Shown here piece after piece: positions 60,976 to 64,000 of a DNA stretch of 64,000 nt; position 1 is the stretch's first letter, and each line of letters opens with the position of its first letter. The stretch lies in the NCBI RefSeq assembly GCF_001447785.1, contig NW_015160214.1:135993-199992 (forward strand), written 5' to 3'. Both the position numbers and the translations under genes were made by a program. This stretch comes from Gekko japonicus. Taxonomy: Eukaryota. The notes beneath the pieces are model-generated. The model made no database searches. It was not told the origin of the DNA and saw only the letters and a list, made by a program, of their open reading frames with translations.

Positions 60976-61285
60976 CTAACGTCTCGAGTAATGAAAGGTG
61001 ATAACATGATCCAGACTCTCAGAACATGATCGGGTGCAGCAAGGTTTGGTCCGCCTCAAAGCCGATGGTCTGCAGAGCATCCTCCGTGCAGGCATGTGAA
61101 GCCGCTGGGGCAGGCCGCGCAAGCAGAGCACCTGATCGAGATCCAGAGACTGGGCTTCTGTGGATGTCTCTGATGAAGGATCAGCCTCACTCTTCTGATC
61201 TACAGTATTTTCGCCAGGCTCTGTAACAGGCCGAACAATCACTTCTGCACTGGGCATTAGAGGGTCCTCAGAAGTCATACTTATC
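60976..61285 (-). CDS. TP53TG5: TP53TG5 orthologue, last coding exon (ISMTSEDPL...DQVLCLRGLPQRLHMPARRMLCRPSALRRTKPCCTRSCSESLD...YSRR*)
   Basis: Matches the human C-terminal block DQWIWFEGLPTRIHLPAPRVMCRSSTLRWVKRRCTRFCSASLE; acceptor GATAG|G, phase 2; expected synteny and strand relative to SYS1. Confidence 0.85.
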
Positions 61286-61351
61286 CTATCACATTGAGCA
61301 GGGTGGAAACAGTAATTGTGCATTAGCATTATGTTTGTTGCATCTTTTCAC

Positions 61352-61934
61352 CAGAGGAGGAGGAGAGATTGGATTTGTACCCCACCCTTCCCTGGGAGTC
61401 TCAGAGCAGTTTACAGACTCCTTTCCTTTCCCTTTCCCCACAACAGACACCCTGTGAGGTAGGTGGGGCTGAGAGAACTCTGAAAGAACTGCTCTTGAGA
61501 GAACTGGGACTGACCCAAACTCATAGAATCATAGAGTTGGGAGGGACCTCCAAGGTCATCTAGTCCAACCCCCCGCACAATGCAGGAAATTCACAAATAC
61601 CTCCCCCCCACACACCCAGTGACCCCTGTCCCATGCCCAGAAGATGACAAAAAATCCTCCAGGATCCCCGGCCAAGCTGGCCTGGAGAAAAATTGCTTCC
61701 TGATCCCAAAGTGGCAATCAGCATTTCCCTGGGCATGTAAGCAAGGGCCACAAGAACTAAGCACTGATGCAACCCTTCCTGCCCTCCCTCTCATAATCTG
61801 CCTAGTTCACAGAATCAGCATTGCTACCAGATGGCCATCTAGGTCACCCAGCAGCTGCATGTGGAAGAGTGGGGAATCAAACCCGGTTCTCCAGATTAGA
61901 GTCCACTGCTCTTAACCACTACGGCAAACTGGCC
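61352..61934 (-). mobile_element. Squam3-like SINE interrupted by a CR1-type 3' fragment (~61521-61843)
   Basis: SINE halves flank a CATAGAATCATAGAGTTGG... segment. Confidence 0.75.
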
Positions 61935-61999
61935 ACTGAGTGCTAGTCTCCTGGAAATGCCTTTGGAAGCAGAAGAAGACTGTGCCATTGAGTCACAAC

Positions 62000-62206
62000 C
62001 AATGTTCCCTCTAAGCTGTGGAGTCTTGTGAGCAAAAAAATCTACTTTGTGAGCTACTGGCATTAAAGTTGTGAGTGATAGATTTGGCTACTGCATACAT
62101 TAGTTTGCTCTGGAACCATCCTTCCTGAGCTGAGACAGAAATGTGTGAGCTGGAGACTAAAAAACTGTGAGCTAGCTCACACTAACTCAGCTTAGAGGGA
62201 ACACTG
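62000..62206. mobile_element. hAT MITE family A
   Basis: TSD GTCACAAC. Confidence 0.9.
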
Positions 62207-63067
62207 GTCACAACTGACTCATGGCATCTCCAACCATGAGTGTTCTAGGCAAGAGATGAGCAGAGGTGGTTTGCCAGTGCCTTCCTCTACATAGCAACCA
62301 CAGTCACCACTCATGTATTAACTGTGTCTGACCCTCAATCTGACCCTTCTTAGTTCCCCAGTCCTGATGAGCTCGGGCCAAACTGGCTGCTCCGTGTAAA
62401 TAATGTTCATGGTAATGCAGCTCATTGCAAAACATTGCAGCTCATTGCAAATCAGAAAGATCGTAAGACTGAAGAAGCAGAAAAGGGGAGCGTGATAGAC
62501 ACAAGAGGCAAAAGCCATATGGATGGTTACTAGAGAGGGGGGTTTGGTCTGACACAGGTACCCAGAGCAAAGTAGCTGTGTTCTAGCAAACTCCACAGGT
62601 AAAAACCAGACACATGTGGATAACTTGCAGCCTGCAGCAGCTGTTATTCCACCATATTGGCTTAGTACAGAAAATAAGACAATCTTCTTTCCTAGTGAGA
62701 TGGCCACCAAATGGTGACCGTGTTTGAAACCTGCAGCATGGCTCAGCTTGCCATTGAGAGCTCAGAATTTTAAGCATGCAAATAGGGGAGGAGGCAAAGG
62801 GAGAGGATTGGTCTAGGCAGTGCTGATGTCACAGGTATCCTGAACTCTGCCCCTTTTCATTATCGCTTCTCTTTGGAAAAGGGATATTGGGGCGGGGTCT
62901 CTTTCCCATTGGGAAGATCACAGGTTCCTCCATCTGAAGGCAGTTACCCTTCCATCTCATTTTTCAGATGGTACCTTTCCTGCCTGCAAGCAGACAAAAG
63001 TAAAAGCACCTTACTCACGAATGTAGACTGCACTGGAGAGTAAGGTGTTCTTACTTTTCCTGTTCAT

Positions 63068-63422
63068 AAAAGGTAAAGGTAAAGGTTCCCTTGCTCGAAA
63101 GCCAGTCGAGTCCGACTCTAGGGTTGCGGTGCTCATCTCCGTTTCAAAGCCAAAGAGCCAGCGCTGTCCAAAGACGTTTCTGTGGTAATGTGGCTGGCAT
63201 GACTAAACACCAAGACGCACGGAACACTGTTACCTTCCCACCGAAGTGGTACCTATTTATCTACTTGCAATTTCTTGCTTTCGAACTGCTAGGTTGGCAG
63301 GAGCTGGAACTAGAGACGGGAGCTCACTCCGTCATGCGGCACACTCGGGTCTCGAACTGCTGAACTACTGACCTTCCACAGCCTGCAGTTCAGCGTCTTA
63401 ACCACTTGAGCCACCACAGCTC
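63068..63422 (-). mobile_element. Sauria SINE, full length
   Basis: (AAAGGT)n tail on +; TSD TTTCCTGTTCATA. Confidence 0.9.
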
Positions 63423-63716
63423 CTTTCCTGTTCATATCCAGGCTTTAAAATAGCCACTTACCCAGCCATCTGTGGAGAATAACGTTCACTTCCAGGCCAC
63501 CAGGCAGAAGAACTCTTGCAAACTGAAAGAGTATCAGTTCTTCTTGTCTTTCAGGCCACCAGCAGAGAGGCATTAAAGGTAACATGCTGTTTGGCCTCTT
63601 GTGTATACAGGGGGAAATGGTGCCTACCTTCATAATCATGCACATGCCTTGAGAGACCCCAGTTTGCATTCTAGCACCCCCACAGAGAGGCATTCCCGTC
63701 TATTATGACAACTTAC

Positions 63717-63859
63717 CCTGATGCTGATAGGGCAGCCAAGCAGTCCAGGGGATCCCTGAATGCAAGTGTCTTCTGGTATGCGTAGGCTAATTTGCAAAGC
63801 CATTTGATTCTGCGATTGGGGGCCTTGAGCAACTTGAGAATAACCAACTGCTTGAGTAT
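63717..63859 (-). CDS. TP53TG5: TP53TG5 orthologue, internal exon (ILKQLVILKLLKAPNRRIKWLCKLAYAYQKTLAFRDPLDCLAALSASG); upstream exons lie beyond the window
   Basis: Matches human VLKNLSLLKLLKSSNRRIQELHKLA; acceptor CTTTTCTGTACTTGGGCAG|A, donor GG|GTAAGT; phase 0/2, joins in frame to 61285. Confidence 0.88.
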
Positions 63860-64000
63860 CTGCCCAAGTACAGAAAAGGAGAATTAAAGTCAGGCCTACA
63901 CACACCTAGGCTTACCAACCTCCAGGTGGCAGCTGGAGATCTCCAAGGGTTACAGCTGATCTCCAGGCAACAGAGATCAGTTCACCTGGAGAAAATGGCC

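Overview
Vertebrate genomic DNA from a squamate reptile, probably a gecko (Sauria SINEs, Squam3-like SINEs, CR1/L2/RTE fragments, many hAT MITEs). It has two assembly gaps (37794-38558, 39351-39368). Three spliced protein-coding genes were reconstructed by hand. (1) SYS1 (+): complete, CpG-island first exon near 19.4-19.5 kb, coding exons 22097-22258, 23119-23186, 25546-25786, 156 aa. (2) A complete neuritin-family gene (-): exons 43449-43407, 42553-42394, 30534-30318, 139 aa, with signal peptide, six conserved Cys, an acidic insert and a GPI-type tail. Its position between SYS1 and TP53TG5 suggests a third paralogue distinct from NRN1 and NRN1L and absent from the human locus. (3) The 3' part of a divergent TP53TG5 orthologue (-): exons 63859-63717 and 61285-60976. 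The rest is repeat-rich: a deleted class-I ERV, a Charlie/Buster transposase fossil inside SYS1 intron 3, several hAT MITE families with intact 8-bp TSDs, Penelope-type hairpins, two apparently chimeric SINEs, a 780-bp tandem duplication and a perfect 107-bp minisatellite. A speculative divergent transcript from the SYS1 promoter is also flagged. All homologies are from recalled sequences; no database search was run.
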